This document shows positions 28,621 to 43,600 of a DNA stretch of 64,000 nt, piece by piece. The stretch's first letter is position 1, and each line of letters begins with the position of its first letter. Below the pieces are notes generated by a model. It saw nothing but the letters and a program-made list of their open reading frames with translations. It did no database searches and was not told the origin of the DNA. This DNA is from Eledone cirrhosa (taxonomy: Eukaryota), in NCBI GenBank assembly GCA_964016885.1, contig OZ024743.1, positions 329,654,001 to 329,718,000 of the forward strand, in the 5' to 3' direction. Made by a program: the position numbers and the translations under genes.

Positions 28621-31600
28621 TATCAGAACGTTGAGACGTTTGATGACACAATTAGGGGTTCACCGACGTGGAGACGTTTGAAGGGCATAAATCGAGCTTA
28701 TCCAAGCGTAGAGACGTTTGAAGGACATAGACCGAGGTTATCCCAGCGTGGAGACGTTTGAAGGGCATAGACCGAGGTTATCCCAGCGTGGAGACATTTG
28801 AAGGGCATAGACCGAGCTTATCCCAGCGTGGAGACGTTTGAAGGGCATAGACCGAGGTTATCCCAGCGTGGTGACATTTGAAGGGCATAGACCGAGCTTA
28901 TCCCAGCGTGGAGACGTTTGAAGGGCATATACCGAGCTTATCCCAGCGTGGAGACGTTTGAAGGGCATAGACCGAGGTTATCCCAGCGTGGAGGTGTTTG
29001 AAGGGCATAGACCGAGCTTATCCCAGCGTGGAGACGTTTGAAGGGCATAGACCGAGCTTATCTCAGCGTGGAGACGTTTGAAGGGCATATACCGAGTTTA
29101 TCTCAGCGTGGAGACGTTTGAAGGGCATAGACCGAGCTTATCCCAGCGTGGAGACGTTTGAAGGGCATAGGCCGAGGTTATCCCAGCGTGGAGACGTTTG
29201 AAGGGCATAGACCGAGGTTATCCCAGCGTGGAGACGTTTGAAGGGCATAGACCGAGCTTATCCCAGCGTGGAGACGTTTGAAGGGCATAGACCGAGGTTA
29301 TCTCAGCGTGGAGACGTTTGAAGGGCATAGACCGAGCTTATCCCAGCGTGGAGACGTTTGAAGGGCATAGACCGAGCTTATCCCAGCGTGGAGACGTTTG
29401 AAGGGCATAGACCGAGGTTATCTCAGCGTGGAGACGTTTGAAGGGCATAGACCGAGCTTATCCCAGCGTGGAGACGTTTGAAGGGCATAGACCGAGCTTA
29501 TCCCAGCGTGGAGACGTTTGAAGGGCATAGACCGAGCTTATCCCAGCGTGGAGACGTTTGAAGGGCATAGACCGAGCTTATCCCAGCGTGGAGACGTTTG
29601 AAGGGCATAGGCCGAGGTTATCCCAGCGTGGAGACGTTTGAAGGGCATAGACCGAGGTTATCCCAGCGTGGAGACGTTTGAAGGGCATAGACCGAGGTTA
29701 TCCCAGCGTGGAGACGTTTGAAGGGCATAGACCGAGCTTATCCCAGCGTGGAGACGTTTGAAGGGCATAGACCGAGGTTATCTCAGCGTGGAGACGTTTG
29801 AAGGGCATAGACCGAGCTTATCTCAGCGTGGAGACGTTTGAAGGGCATAGGCCGAGGTTATCCCAGCGTGGAGACGTTTGAAGGGCATAGACCGAGGTTA
29901 TCCCAGCGTGGAGACGTTTGAAGGGCATAGACCGAGCTTATCTCAGCGTGGAGACGTTTGAAGGGCATAGGCCGAGGTTATCCCAGCGTGGAGATGTTTG
30001 AAGGGCATAGACCGAGCTTATCCCAGCGTGGAGGCGTTTGAAGGGCATAGACCGAGCTTATCTCAGCGTGGAGACGTTTGAAGGGCATAGGCCGAGGTTA
30101 TCCCAGCGTGGAGATTTTGAAGGGCATAGACCGAGCTTATCCCAGCGTGGAGAGGTTTGAAGGGCATAGACCGAGCTTATCTCAGCGTGGAGACGTTTGA
30201 AGGGCATAGGCCGAGGTTATCCCAGCGTGGAGATGTTTGAAGGGCATAGACCGAGCTTATCCCAGCGTGGAGAGGTTTGAAGGGTATAGACCGAGCTTAT
30301 CCCAGCGTGGAGACGTTTGATGGGCATAGACCGAGCTTATCCCAGCGTGGAGACGTTTGATGGGCATAGACCGAGGTTATCCCAGCGTGGAGATGTTTGA
30401 AGGGCATAGACCGAGCTTATCCCAGCGTGGAGGCGTTTGAAGGGCATAGGCCGAGGTTATCCCAGCGTGGAGACGTTTGATGGGCATAGACCGAGGTTAT
30501 CCCAGCGTGGAGATGTTTGAAGGGCATAGACCGAGCTTATCCCAGCGTGGAGAGGTTTGAAGGGCATAGACCGAGCTTATCCCAGCGTGGAGATGTTTGA
30601 AGGGCATAGACCGAGCTTATCCCAGCGTGGAGACGTTTGAAGGGTATAGACCGAGCTTATCCCAGCGTGGAGAGGTTTGAAGGGCATAGACCGAGCTTAT
30701 CCCAGCGTGGAGACGTTTGAAGGGCATAGACCGAGCTTATCCCAGCGTGGAGATGTTTGAAGGGCATAGACCGAGCTTATCCCAGCGTGGAGAGGTTTGA
30801 AGGGCATAGACCGAGCTTATCCCAGCGTGGAGACGTTTGAAGGGTATAGACCGAGCTTATCCCAGCGTGGAGAGGTTTGAAGGGCATAGACCGAGCTTAT
30901 CCCAGCGTGGAGACGTTTGAAGGGCATAGACCGAGCTTATCCCAGCGTGGAGATGTTTGAAGGGCATAGACCGAGCTTATCCCAGCGTGGAGACGTTTGA
31001 AGGGCATAGACCGAGCTTATCCCAGCGTGGAGAGGTTTGAAGGGCATAGACCGAGCTTATCCCAGCGTGGAGACGTTTGAAGGGCATAGACCGAGCTTAT
31101 CCCAGCGTGGAGGCGTTTGAAGGGCATAGGCCGAGGTTATCCCAGCGTGGAGACGTTTGATGGGCATAGACCGAGGTTATCCCAGCGTGGAGATGTTTGA
31201 AGGGCATAGACCGAGGTTATCCCAGCGTGGAGACGTTTGAAGAGCATAGACCGAACTTATCCCAGCGTGGAGACGTTTGAAGGGCATATACCGAGCTTAT
31301 CCCAGCGTGGAGACGTTTGAAGGGCATAGACCGAGTTTATCCCAGCGTGGAGACGTTTGAAGGGCATAGACCGAGCTTCTCCCAGCGTGGAGACGTTTGA
31401 AGGGCATAGGCCGAGCTTATCCCAGCGTGGAGACGTTTGAAGGGCATATACCGAGCTTATCCCAGCGTGGAGACGTTTGAAGGGCATAGACCGAGGTTAT
31501 CCCAGCGTGGAGACGTTTGAAGGGCATAGACCGAGCTTATCCCAGCGTGGAGACGTTTGAAGGGCATATACCGAGCTTATCCCAGCGTGGAGACGTTTGA

Positions 31601-34600
31601 AGGGCATAGACCGAGGTTATCCCAACGTGGAGACGTTTGAAGGGCATAGACCGAGCTTCTCCCAGCGTGGAGACGTTTGAAGGGCATAGACCGAGCTTAT
31701 CCCAGCGTGGAGACGTTTGAAGGGCATAGACCGAGGTTATCCCAGCGTGGAGACGTTTGAAGGGCATAGACCGAGCTTCTCCCAGCGTAGAGACGTTTGA
31801 AGGGCATAGACCGTGCTTCTCCCTGCGTGGAGACGTTTGAAGGGCATAGACCGAGCTTCTCCCAGCGTGGAGACGTTTGAAGGGCATAGACCGAGCTTCT
31901 CCCAGCGTGGAGACGTTTGAAGGGCATATACCGAGCTTATCCCAGCGTGGAGACGTTTGAAGGGCATAGACCGAGGTTATCCCAGCGTGGAGACGTTTGA
32001 AGGGCATAGACCGAGCTTCTCCCAGCGTGGAGACGTTTGAAGGGCATAGACCGAGCTTCTCCCAGCGTGGAGACGTTTGAAGGGCATAGACCGAGCTTCT
32101 CCCAGCGTGGAGACGTTTGAAGGGCATAGACCGAGCTTCTCCCAGCGTGGAGACGTTTGAAGGGCATAGACCGAGCTTCTCCCAGCTTGGAGACGTTTGA
32201 AGGGCATAGACCGAGCTTATCCCAGCGTGGAGACGTTTGAACGGCATAGACCGAGCTTATCCCTGCGTGGAGACGTTTGAAGGGCATAGACCGAGCTTCT
32301 CCCAGCGTGGAGACGTTTGAAGGGCATAGAACGAGGTTATCCCAGCGTGGAGACGTTTGAAGGGCATATACCGAGGTTATCCCAGCATGGAGACGTTTGA
32401 AGGGGATAGACCGAGGTTATCTCAGCGTGGAGACGTTTGAAGGGCATATACCGAGGTTATCCCAGCGTGGAGACGTTTGAAGGGCATAGACCGAGGTTAT
32501 CCCAGCGTGGAGACGTTTGAAGGGCATAGACCGAGGTTATCCCAGCGTGGAGGTGTTTGAAGGACATAGACCGAGCTTATCCCAGCGTGGAGACGTTTGA
32601 TGGGCATATACCGAGCTTATCTCAGCGTGGAGACGTTTGAAGGGCATAGACCGAGCTTATCCCAGCGTGGAGGCGTTTGAAGGGCATAGGCCGAGGTTAT
32701 CCCAGCGTGGAGACGTTTGATGGGCATAGACCGAGGTTATCCAAGCGTGGAGACGTTTGAAGGGCATAGACCGAGGTTATCCCAGCGTGGAGACGTTTGA
32801 TGGGCATAGACCGAGCTTATCCCAGCGTGGAGACGTTTGATGGGCATAGACCGAGGTTATCCCAGCGTGGAGACGTTTGATGGGCATAGACCGAGGTTAT
32901 CCCAGCGTGGAGGTGTTTGAAGGGCATAGACCGAGCTTATCCCAGCGTGGAGACGTTTGAAGGGCATAGACCGAGGTTATCCCAGCGTGGAGACGTTTGA
33001 AGGGCATAAACCGAGGTTATCCCAGCGTGGAGGTGTTTGAAGGGCATAGACCGAGCTTATCCCAGCGTGGAGACGTTTGAAGGGCATAGACCGAGCTTAT
33101 CCCAGCGTGGAGACGTTTGATGGGCATATACCGAGGTTATCTCAGCGTGGAGACGTTTGAAGGGCATAGACCGAGCTTATCCCAGCGTGGAGACGTTTGA
33201 AGAGCATAGACCGAGGTTATCTCAGCGTGGAGACGTTAGAAGGACATAGACCGAGCTTATCCCAGCGTGGAGACGTTTGAAGGGCATAGACCGAGGTTAT
33301 CTCAGCGTGGAGACGTTAGAAGGACATAGACCGAGCTTATCCCAGCGTGGAGACGTTTGAAGGGCATAGGCCGAGGTTATCCCAGCGTGGAGGTGTTTGA
33401 AGGGCATAGACCGAACTTATCCCAGCGTGGAGACGTTTGAAGGGCATAGACCGAGGTTATCTCAGCGTGGAGACGTTTGAAGAGCATAGACCGAGGTTAT
33501 CCCAGCTAGGAGACGTTTGAAGGGCATAGACCGAGCTTATCCCAGCGTGGAGGCGTTTGAAGGGCATAGGCCGAGGTTATCCCAGCGTGGAGACGTTTGA
33601 AGGGCATAGACCGAGCTTATCCCAGCGTGGAGACGTTTGAAGGGCATATACCGAGCTTACCCCAGCGTGGAGACGTTTGAAGGGCATAGACCGAGGTTAT
33701 CCAGCGTGGAGACGTTTGAAGGGCATAGACTGAGTTTATCCAGCGTGGAGACGTTTGAAGGGCATAGACCGAGGTTATCCAGCGTGGAGACGTTTGAACG
33801 GCATAGACCGAGCTTATCCCTGCGTGGAGACGTTTGAAGGGCATAGACCGAGCTTCTCCCAGCGTGGAGACGTTTGAAGGGCATAGAACGAGGTTATCCC
33901 AGCGTGGAGACGTTTGAAGGGCATATACCGAGGTTATCCCAGCATGGAGACGTTTGAAGGGGATAGACCGAGGTTATCTCAGCGTGGAGACGTTTGAAGG
34001 GCATATACCGAGGTTATCCCAGCGTGGAGACGTTTGAAGGGCATAGACCGAGGTTATCCCAGCGTGGAGACGTTTGAAGGGCATAGACCGAGGTTATCCC
34101 AGCGTGGAGGTGTTTGAAGGACATAGACCGAGCTTATCCCAGCGTGGAGACGTTTGATGGGCATATACCGAGCTTATCTCAGCGTGGAGACGTTTGAAGG
34201 GCATAGACCGAGCTTATCCCAGCGTGGAGGCGTTTGAAGGGCATAGGCCGAGGTTATCCCAGCGTGGAGACGTTTGATGGGCATAGACCGAGGTTATCCA
34301 AGCGTGGAGACGTTTGAAGGGCATAGACCGAGGTTATCCCAGCGTGGAGACGTTTGATGGGCATAGACCGAGCTTATCCCAGCGTGGAGACGTTTGATGG
34401 GCATAGACCGAGGTTATCCCAGCGTGGAGACGTTTGATGGGCATAGACCGAGGTTATCCCAGCGTGGAGGTGTTTGAAGGGCATAGACCGAGCTTATCCC
34501 AGCGTGGAGACGTTTGAAGGGCATAGACCGAGGTTATCCCAGCGTGGAGACGTTTGAAGGGCATAAACCGAGGTTATCCCAGCGTGGAGGTGTTTGAAGG

Positions 34601-37600
34601 GCATAGACCGAGCTTATCCCAGCGTGGAGACGTTTGAAGGGCATAGACCGAGCTTATCCCAGCGTGGAGACGTTTGATGGGCATATACCGAGGTTATCTC
34701 AGCGTGGAGACGTTTGAAGGGCATAGACCGAGCTTATCCCAGCGTGGAGACGTTTGAAGAGCATAGACCGAGGTTATCTCAGCGTGGAGACGTTAGAAGG
34801 ACATAGACCGAGCTTATCCCAGCGTGGAGACGTTTGAAGGGCATAGACCGAGGTTATCTCAGCGTGGAGACGTTAGAAGGACATAGACCGAGCTTATCCC
34901 AGCGTGGAGACGTTTGAAGGGCATAGGCCGAGGTTATCCCAGCGTGGAGGTGTTTGAAGGGCATAGACCGAACTTATCCCAGCGTGGAGACGTTTGAAGG
35001 GCATAGACCGAGGTTATCTCAGCGTGGAGACGTTTGAAGAGCATAGACCGAGGTTATCCCAGCTAGGAGACGTTTGAAGGGCATAGACCGAGCTTATCCC
35101 AGCGTGGAGGCGTTTGAAGGGCATAGGCCGAGGTTATCCCAGCGTGGAGACGTTTGAAGGGCATAGACCGAGCTTATCCCAGCGTGGAGACGTTTGAAGG
35201 GCATATACCGAGCTTACCCCAGCGTGGAGACGTTTGAAGGGCATAGACCGAGGTTATCCAGCGTGGAGACGTTTGAAGGGCATAGACTGAGTTTATCCAG
35301 CGTGGAGACGTTTGAAGGGCATAGACCGAGGTTATCCAGCGTGGAGACGTTTGAAGGGCATAGACCGAGGTTATCTCAGCGTGAAGACGTTTGAAGGGCA
35401 TAGGCCGAGGTTATCCAGCGTGGAGACGTTTGAAGTGCATAGACCGAGGTTATCTCAGCGTGGAGACGTTTGAAGGGCATAGACCGAGGTTATCCAGCGT
35501 GGAGACGTTTGAAGGGAATAGGCCGAGGTTATCCAGCGTGGAGACGTTTGAAGGGCATATACCGAGCATATCCCCGCGTGGAGACGTTTGAAGGGCATAG
35601 ACCGAGCTTATCCCAGCGTGGAGACGTTTGAAGGGCATAGACCGAGGTTATCCAGCGTGGAGACGTTAGAAGGACATAGACCGAGCTTATCCCAGCGTGG
35701 AGACGTTTGAAGGACATAGACCGAGCTTATCCCAGCGTGGAGACGTTAGAAGAACATAGACCGAGCTTATCCCAGCGTGGAGACGTTTGAAGGGCATAGA
35801 CCGAGGTTATCTCAGCGTGGAGACGTTTGAAGAGCATAGACCGAGGTTATCCCGGCGTGGAGACGTTTGAAGGGCATAGACCGAGCTTATCCCAGCGTGG
35901 AGGCGTTTGAAGGGCATAGGCCGAGGTTATCCCAGCGTGGAGACGTTTGAAGGGCATAGACCGCGCTTATCCCAGCGTGGAGGCGTTAGAAGGGCATACG
36001 CCGAGGTTATCCCAGCGTGGAGACGTTTGAAGGGCATAGACCGAGCTTATCCCAGCGTGGAGACGTTTGAAGGGCATATACCGAGCTTATCCCAGCGTGG
36101 AGACGTTTGAAGGGCATAGACCGAGCTTATCCCAGCGTGGAGACGTTTGAAGGGCATAGGCCGAGGTTATCCAGCGTGGAGAGGTTTGAAGGGCATAGAC
36201 CGAGGTTATCCCAGCGTGGAGATGTTTGAAGGGCATAGACCGAGCTTATCCCAGCGTGGAGACGTTTGATGGGCATAGACCGAGGTTATCCCAGCGTGGA
36301 GATGTTTGAATGGCATAGACCGAGCTTCTCCCAGCGTGGAGACGTTTGAAGGGCATATACCGAGCTTATCCCAGCGTGGAGACGTTTGAAGGGCATAGAC
36401 CGAGGTTATCCCAGCGTGGAGACGTTTGAAGGGCATAGACCGAGCTTCTCCCAGCGTGGAGACGTTTGAAGGGCATAGACCGAGCTTCTCCCAGCGTGGA
36501 GACGTTTGAAGGGCATAGACCGAGCTTCTCCCAGCGTGGAGACGTTTGAAGGGCATAGACCGAGCTTCTCCCAGCGTGGAGACGTTTGAAGGGCATAGAC
36601 CGAGCTTCTCCCAGCGTGGAGACGTTTGAAGGGCATAGACCGAGCTTATCCCAGCGTGGAGACGTTTGAACGGTATAGACCGAGCTTATCCCTGCGTGGA
36701 GACGTTTGAAGGGCATAGACCGAGCTTCTCCCAGCGTGGAGACGTTTGAAGGGCATAGAACGAGGTTATCCCAGCGTGGAGACGTTTGAAGGGCATATAC
36801 CGAGGTTATCCCAGCATGGAGACGTTTGAAGGGGATAGACCGAGGTTATCTCAGCGTGGAGACGTTTGAAGGGCATATACCGAGGTTATCCCAGCGTGGA
36901 GACGTTTGAAGGGCATAGACCGAGGTTATCCCAGCGTGGAGACGTTTGAAGGGCATAGACCGAGGTTATCCCAGCGTGGAGGTGTTTGAAGGACATAGAC
37001 CGAGCTTATCCCAGCGTGGAGACGTTTGATGGGCATATACCGAGCTTATCTCAGCGTGGAGACGTTTGAAGGGCATAGACCGAGCTTATCCCAGCGTAGA
37101 GGCGTTTGAAGGGCATAGGCCGAGGTTATCCCAGCGTGGAGACGTTTGATGGGCATAGACCGAGGTTATCCAAGCGTGGAGACGTTTGAAGGGCATAGAC
37201 CGAGGTTATCCCAGCGTGGAGACGTTTGATGGGCATAGACCGAGCTTATCCCAGCGTGGAGACGTTTGATGGGCATAGACCGAGGTTATCCCAGCGTGGA
37301 GACGTTTGATGGGCATAGACCGAGGTTATCCCAGCGTGGAGGTGTTTGAAGGGCATAGACCGAGCTTATCCCAGCGTGGAGACGTTTGAAGGGCATAGAC
37401 CGAGGTTATCCCAGCGTAGAGACGTTTGAAGGGCATAAACCGAGGTTATCCCAGCGTGGAGGTGTTTGAAGGGCATAGACCGAGCTTATCCCAGCGTGGA
37501 GACGTTTGAAGGGCATAGACCGAGCTTATCCCAGCGTGGAGACGTTTGATGGGCATATACCGAGGTTATCTCAGCGTGGAGACGTTTGAAGGGCATAGAC

Positions 37601-40600
37601 CGAGCTTATCCCAGCGTGGAGACGTTTGAAGAGCATAGACCGAGGTTATCTCAGCGTGGAGACGTTAGAAGGACATAGACCGTGCTTATCCCAGCGTGGA
37701 GACGTTTGAAGGGCATAGACCGAGGTTATCTCAGCGTGGAGACGTTAGAAGGACATAGACCGAGCTTATCCCAGCGTGGAGACGTTTGAAGGGCATAGGC
37801 CGAGGTTATCCCAGCGTGGAGGTGTTTGAAGGGCATAGACCGAACTTATCCCAGCGTGGAGACGTTTGAAGGGCATAGACCGAGGTTATCTCAGCGTGGA
37901 GACGTTTGAAGAGCATAGACCGAGGTTATCCCAGCTAGGAGACGTTTGAAGGGCATAGACCGAGCTTATCCCAGCGTGGAGGCGTTTGAAGGGCATAGGC
38001 CGAGGTTATCCCAGCGTGGAGACGTTTGAAGGGCATAGACCGAGCTTATCCCAGCGTGGAGACGTTTGAAGGGCATATACCGAGCTTACCCCAGCGTGGA
38101 GACGTTTGAAGGGCATAGACCGAGGTTATCCAGCGTGGAGACGTTTGAAGGGCATAGACCGAGTTTATCCCAGCGTGGAGACGTCTGATGGGCATAGACC
38201 GAGGTTATCCCAGCGTGGAGACGTTTGAAGGGCATAGACCGAGGTTATCCAGTGTGGAGTTGTTTGAAGGGCATAGACCGAGGTTATCCAGCGTGGAGAC
38301 GTTTGAAGGGCATAGACCGAGGTTATCTCAGCGTGAAGACGTTTGAAGGGCATAGGCCGAGGTTATCCAGCGTGGAGACGTTTGAAGTGCATAGACCGAG
38401 GTTATCTCAGCGTGGAGACGTTTGAAGGGCATAGACCGAGGTTATCCAGCGTGGAGACGTTTGAAGGGAATAGGCCGAGGTTATCCAGCGTGGAGACGTT
38501 TGAAGGGCATATACCGAGCATATCCCCGCGTGGAGACGTTTGAAGGGCATAGACCGAGCTTATCCCAGCGTGGAGACGTTTGAAGGGCATAGACCGAGGT
38601 TATCCAGCGTGGAGACGTTAGAAGGACATAGACCGAGCTTATCCCAGCGTGGAGACGTTTGAAGGACATAGACCGAGCTTATCCCAGCGTGGAGACGTTA
38701 GAAGAACATAGACCGAGCTTATCCCAGCGTGGAGACGTTTGAAGGGCATAGACCGAGGTTATCTCAGCGTGGAGACGTTTGAAGAGCATAGACCGAGGTT
38801 ATCCCAGCGTGGAGACGTTTGAAGGGCATAGACCGAGCTTATCCCAGCGTGGAGGCGTTTGAAGGGCATAGACCGAGCTTATCCCAGCGTGGAGACGTTT
38901 GAAGGGCATAGGCCGAGGTTATCCAGCGTGGAGAGGTTTGAAGTTCATAGACCGAGGTTATCCCAGCGTGGAGACGTTTGAAGGGCATAGACCGAGCTTA
39001 TCCCAGCGTGGAGACGTTTGATGGGCATAGACCGAGGTTATCCCAGCGTGGAGATGTTTGAATGGCATAGACCGAGCTTATCCCAGCGTGGAGACGTTTG
39101 AAGGGCATAGACCGAGCTTATCCCAGCGTGGAGGCGTTTGAAGGGCATAGGCCAAGGTTATCCCAGCGTGGAGACGTTTGATGGGCATAGACCGAGCTTA
39201 TCCCAGCGTGGAGGCGTTTGAAGGGCATAGACCGAGGTTATCCCAGCGTGGAGACGTTTGATGGGCATAGACCGAGGTTATCCCAGCGTGGAGACGTTTG
39301 AAGGGCATAGACCGAGCTTATCCCAGCGTGGAGACGTTTGATGGGCATAGACCGAGCTTATCCCAGCGTGGAGGCGTTTGAAGGGCATAGGCCGAGGTTA
39401 TCCCAGCGTGGAGACGTTTGATGGGCATTGACCGAGGTTATCCCAGCGTGGAGACGTTTGAAGGGCATAGGCCGAGGTTATCCCAGCGTGGATATGTTTG
39501 AAGGGCATAGACCGAGCTTATCCCAGCGTGGAGGCGTTTGAAGGGCATAGGCCGAGGTTATCCCAGCGTGGAGACGTTTGATGGGCATAGACCGAGGTTA
39601 TCCCAGCGTGGAGACGTTTGAAGGGCATAGACCGAGCTTATCCCAGCGTGGAGATGTTTGAAGGGAATAGACGGAGCTTATCCCAGCGTGGAGACGTTTG
39701 AAGGGCATAGACCGAGCTTATCCCAGCGTGGAGATGTTTGAAGGGAATAGACGGAGCTTATCCCAGCGTGGAGACGTTTGAAGGGAATAGACCGAGCTTA
39801 TCCCAGCGTGGAGACGTTTGATGGGCATAGACCGAGGTTATCCCAGCGTGGAGACGTTTGAAGGGCATAGACCGAGCTTATCCCAGCGTGGAGACGTTTG
39901 AAGGGCATAGACCGAGCTTATCCCAGCGTGGAGGCGTTTGAAGGGCATAGGCCAAGGTTATCCCAGCGTGGAGACGTTTGATGGGCATAGACCGAGCTTA
40001 TCCCAGCGTGGATGCGTTTGAAGGGCATAGGCCGAGCTTATCCCAGCGTGGAGGCGTTTGAAGGGCATAGGCCGAGGTTATCCCAGCGTGGAGACGTTTG
40101 AAGGGCATAGACCGAGCTTATCCCAGCGTGGAGACGTTTGAAGGGAATAGACCGAGCTTATCCCAGCGTGGAGACGTTTGAAGGGCATAGACCGAGCTTA
40201 TCCCAGCGTGGAGGCGTTTGAAGGGCATAGGCCGAGGTTATCCCAGCGTGGAGACGTTTGATGGGCATAGACCGAGCTTATCCCAGCGTGGAGACGTTTG
40301 AAGGGCATAGACCGAGCTTATTCCAGCGTGGAGACGTTTGAAGGGCATAGATCGAGGTTATCCCAGCGTGGAGACGTTTGAAGGGCATAGACCGAGCTTA
40401 TCTCAGCGTCGAGACGTTTGAAGGGCATAGACCGAGGTTATCTCAGCGTGGAGACGTTTGAAGGGCATAGACCGAGGTTATCTCAGCGTGGAGACGTTTG
40501 AAGAGCATAGACCGAGGTCATCTCAGCGTGGAGACGTTTGTAGAGCATAGACCGAGATTATCCCAGCGTGGAGACGTTTGAAGGGCATATACCGAGCTTA

Positions 40601-43600
40601 TCTCAGCGTGGAGACGTTTGAAGGGCATAGACCGAGGTTATCTCAGCGTGGAGACGTTTGAAGAGCATAGACCGAGATTATCCCAGCGTGGAGACGTTTG
40701 AAGGGCATAGACCGAGGTTATCCCAGCGTGGAGACGTTTGAAGAGCATAGACCGAGCTTATCCAAGCGTGGAGACGTTTGAAGGGCATAGACCGAGGTTA
40801 TCTCAGCGTGGAGACGTTTGAAGGGCATAGACCGAGCTTATCCCAGCGTGGAGACGTTTGAAGGGCATAGACCGAGCTTATCCCAGCGTGGAGACGTTTG
40901 AAGGGATTAGACCGAGCTTATCTCAGCGTGAAGACGTTTGAAGGGCATAGACCGAGGTTATCTCAGCGTGGAGACGTTTGAAGAGCATAGACCGAGGTTA
41001 TCTCAGCGTGGAGACGTTTGAAGAGCATAGACCTAGCTTATCCCAGCGTGGAGACATTTGAAGAGCATATACCGAGGTTATCCCAGCGTGGAGACGTTTG
41101 AAGGGCATAGACCGAGGTTATCCCAGCGTGGAGACGTTTGAAGGGCATAGACCGAGCTTATCCCAGCGTGGAGACGTTTGAAGGGCATAGACCGAGGTTA
41201 TCCCAGCGTGGAGACATTTGAAGAGCATAGACCGAGGTTATCCCAGCGTGGAGACATTTGAAGAGCATAGACCGAGGTTATCCCAGCGTGGAGACGTTTG
41301 AAGGGCATAGACCGAGCTTATCCCAGCGTGGAGACGTTTGAAGGGCATATACCGAGCTTATCTCAGCGTGGAGACGTTTGAAGGGCATAGACCGAGGTTA
41401 TCTCAGCGTGGAGACGTTTGAAGAGCATAGACCGAGGTTATCCCAGCGTGGAGACGTTTGAAGGGCATATACCGAGCTTATCCCAGCGTGGAGACGTTTG
41501 AAGGGCATAGACCGAGGTTATTCCAGCGTGGAGACGTTTGAAGGGCATAGACCGAGGTTATCTCAGCGTGGAGACGTTTGAAGAGCATAGACCGAGCTTA
41601 TCCCAGCGTGGAGACGTTTGAAGGGCATAGACCGAGGTTATTCCAGCGTGGAGACGTTTGAAGGGCATAGACCGAGGTTATCCCAGCGTGGAGACGTTTG
41701 GAGGGCATAGACCGAGGTTATCCCAGCGTGGAGACGTTTGAAGGGCATAGACCGAGGTTATTCCAGCGTGGAGACGTTTGAAGGGCATAGACCGAGGTTA
41801 TCCCAGCGTGGAGACGTTTGAAGGGCATAGACCCAGGTTATCCCAGCGTGGAGACGTTAGAAGGACATAGACCGAGGTTATGCCAGCGTTGAGACGTTTG
41901 AAGGGCATAGACCGAGCTTATCCCAGCGTGGAGACGTTTGAAGGGCATAGACCGAGGTTATCCCAGCGTGGAGACGTTGAAGGGCATAGACCGAGGTTAT
42001 CCCAGCGTGGAGACGTTTGAAGGGCATAGACCGAGGTTATCCCAGCGTGGAGACGTTTGAAGGGCATAGACCGAGCTTATCCCAGCCTGGAGGCGTTTGA
42101 AGGGCATAGGCCGAGGTTATCCCAGCGTGGAGACGTTTGATGGGCATAGACCGAGGTTATCCCAGCGTGGAGACGTTTGAAGGTCATAGACCGAGGTTAT
42201 CCCAGCGTGGAGACGTTTGAAGGGCATAGACCGAGCTTATCACAGCGTGGAGACGTTTGAAGGGCATAGACCGAGCTTATCCCAGCGTGGAGACGTTTGA
42301 ACGGCATAGACCGAGCTTATCCCTGCGTGGAGACGTTTGAAGGGCATAGACCGAGCTTCTCCCAGCGTGGAGACGTTTGAAGGGCATAGACCGAGGTTAT
42401 TCCCAGCGTGGAGACGTTTGAAGAGCATAGACCGAGCTTATCCCAGCGTGGAGACGTTTGAAGGGCATATACCGAGCTTATCCCAGCGTGGAGACGTTTG
42501 AAGGGCATAGACCGAGGTTATCCCAGCGTGGAGACGTTTGAAGGGCATAGACCGAGGTTATCCCAGCGTGGAGACGTTTGAAGGGCATAGACCCAGGTTA
42601 TCCCAGCGTGGAGACGTTAGAAGGACATAGACCGAGGTTATCCCAGCGTGGAGACGTTTGAAGGGCATAGACCGAGCTTATCCCAGCGTGGAGACGTTTG
42701 AAGGGCATAGACCCAGGTTATCCCAGCGTGGAGACGTTGAAGGACATAGACCGAGGTTATCCCAGCGTGGAGACGTTTGAAGGGCATAGACCGAGGTTAT
42801 CCCAGCGTGGAGACGTTTGAAGGGCATAGACCCAGGTTATCCCAGCGTGGAGACGTTAGAAGGACATAGACCGAGGTTATCCCAGCGTGGAGACGTTTGA
42901 AGGGCATAGACCGAGGTTATGCCAGCGTGGAGACGTTTGAAGGGCATAGACCGAGCTTATCCCAGCGTGGAGACGTTTGAAGGGCATAGACCGAGGTTAT
43001 CCCAGCGTGGAGACGTTTGAAGGGCATAGACCGAGGTTATCCCAGCGTGGAGACGTTTGAAGGGCATAGACCGAGGTTATCCCAGCGTGGAGACGTTTGA
43101 AGGGCATAGACCGAGGTTATCCCAGCGTGGAGACGTTTGAAGGGCATAGACCGAGCTTATCCCAGCGTGGAGACGTTTGAAGGGCATAGACCGAGCTTAT
43201 CCCAGCGTGGAGACGTTTGAAGGGCATAGACCGAGGTTATCCCAGCGTGGAGACGTTTGAAGGGCATAGACCGAGGTTATCCCAGCGTGGAGACGTTTGA
43301 AGGGCATAGACCGAGCTTATCCCAGCGTGGAGACGTTTGAAGGGCATAGACCAAGCTTATCCCAGCGTGGAGACGTTTGAAGGGCATAGACCGAGGTTAT
43401 CCCAGCGTGGAGACGTTTGAAGGGCATAGACCGAGGTTATCCCAGCGTGGAGACGTTTGAAGGGCATAGACCGAGGTTATCCCAGCGTGGAGACGTTTGA
43501 AGGGCATAGACCGAGGTTATCCCAGCGTGGAGACGTTTGAAGGGCATAGACCGAGCTTATCCCAGCGTGGAGACGTTTGAAGGGCATAGACCGAGGTTAT

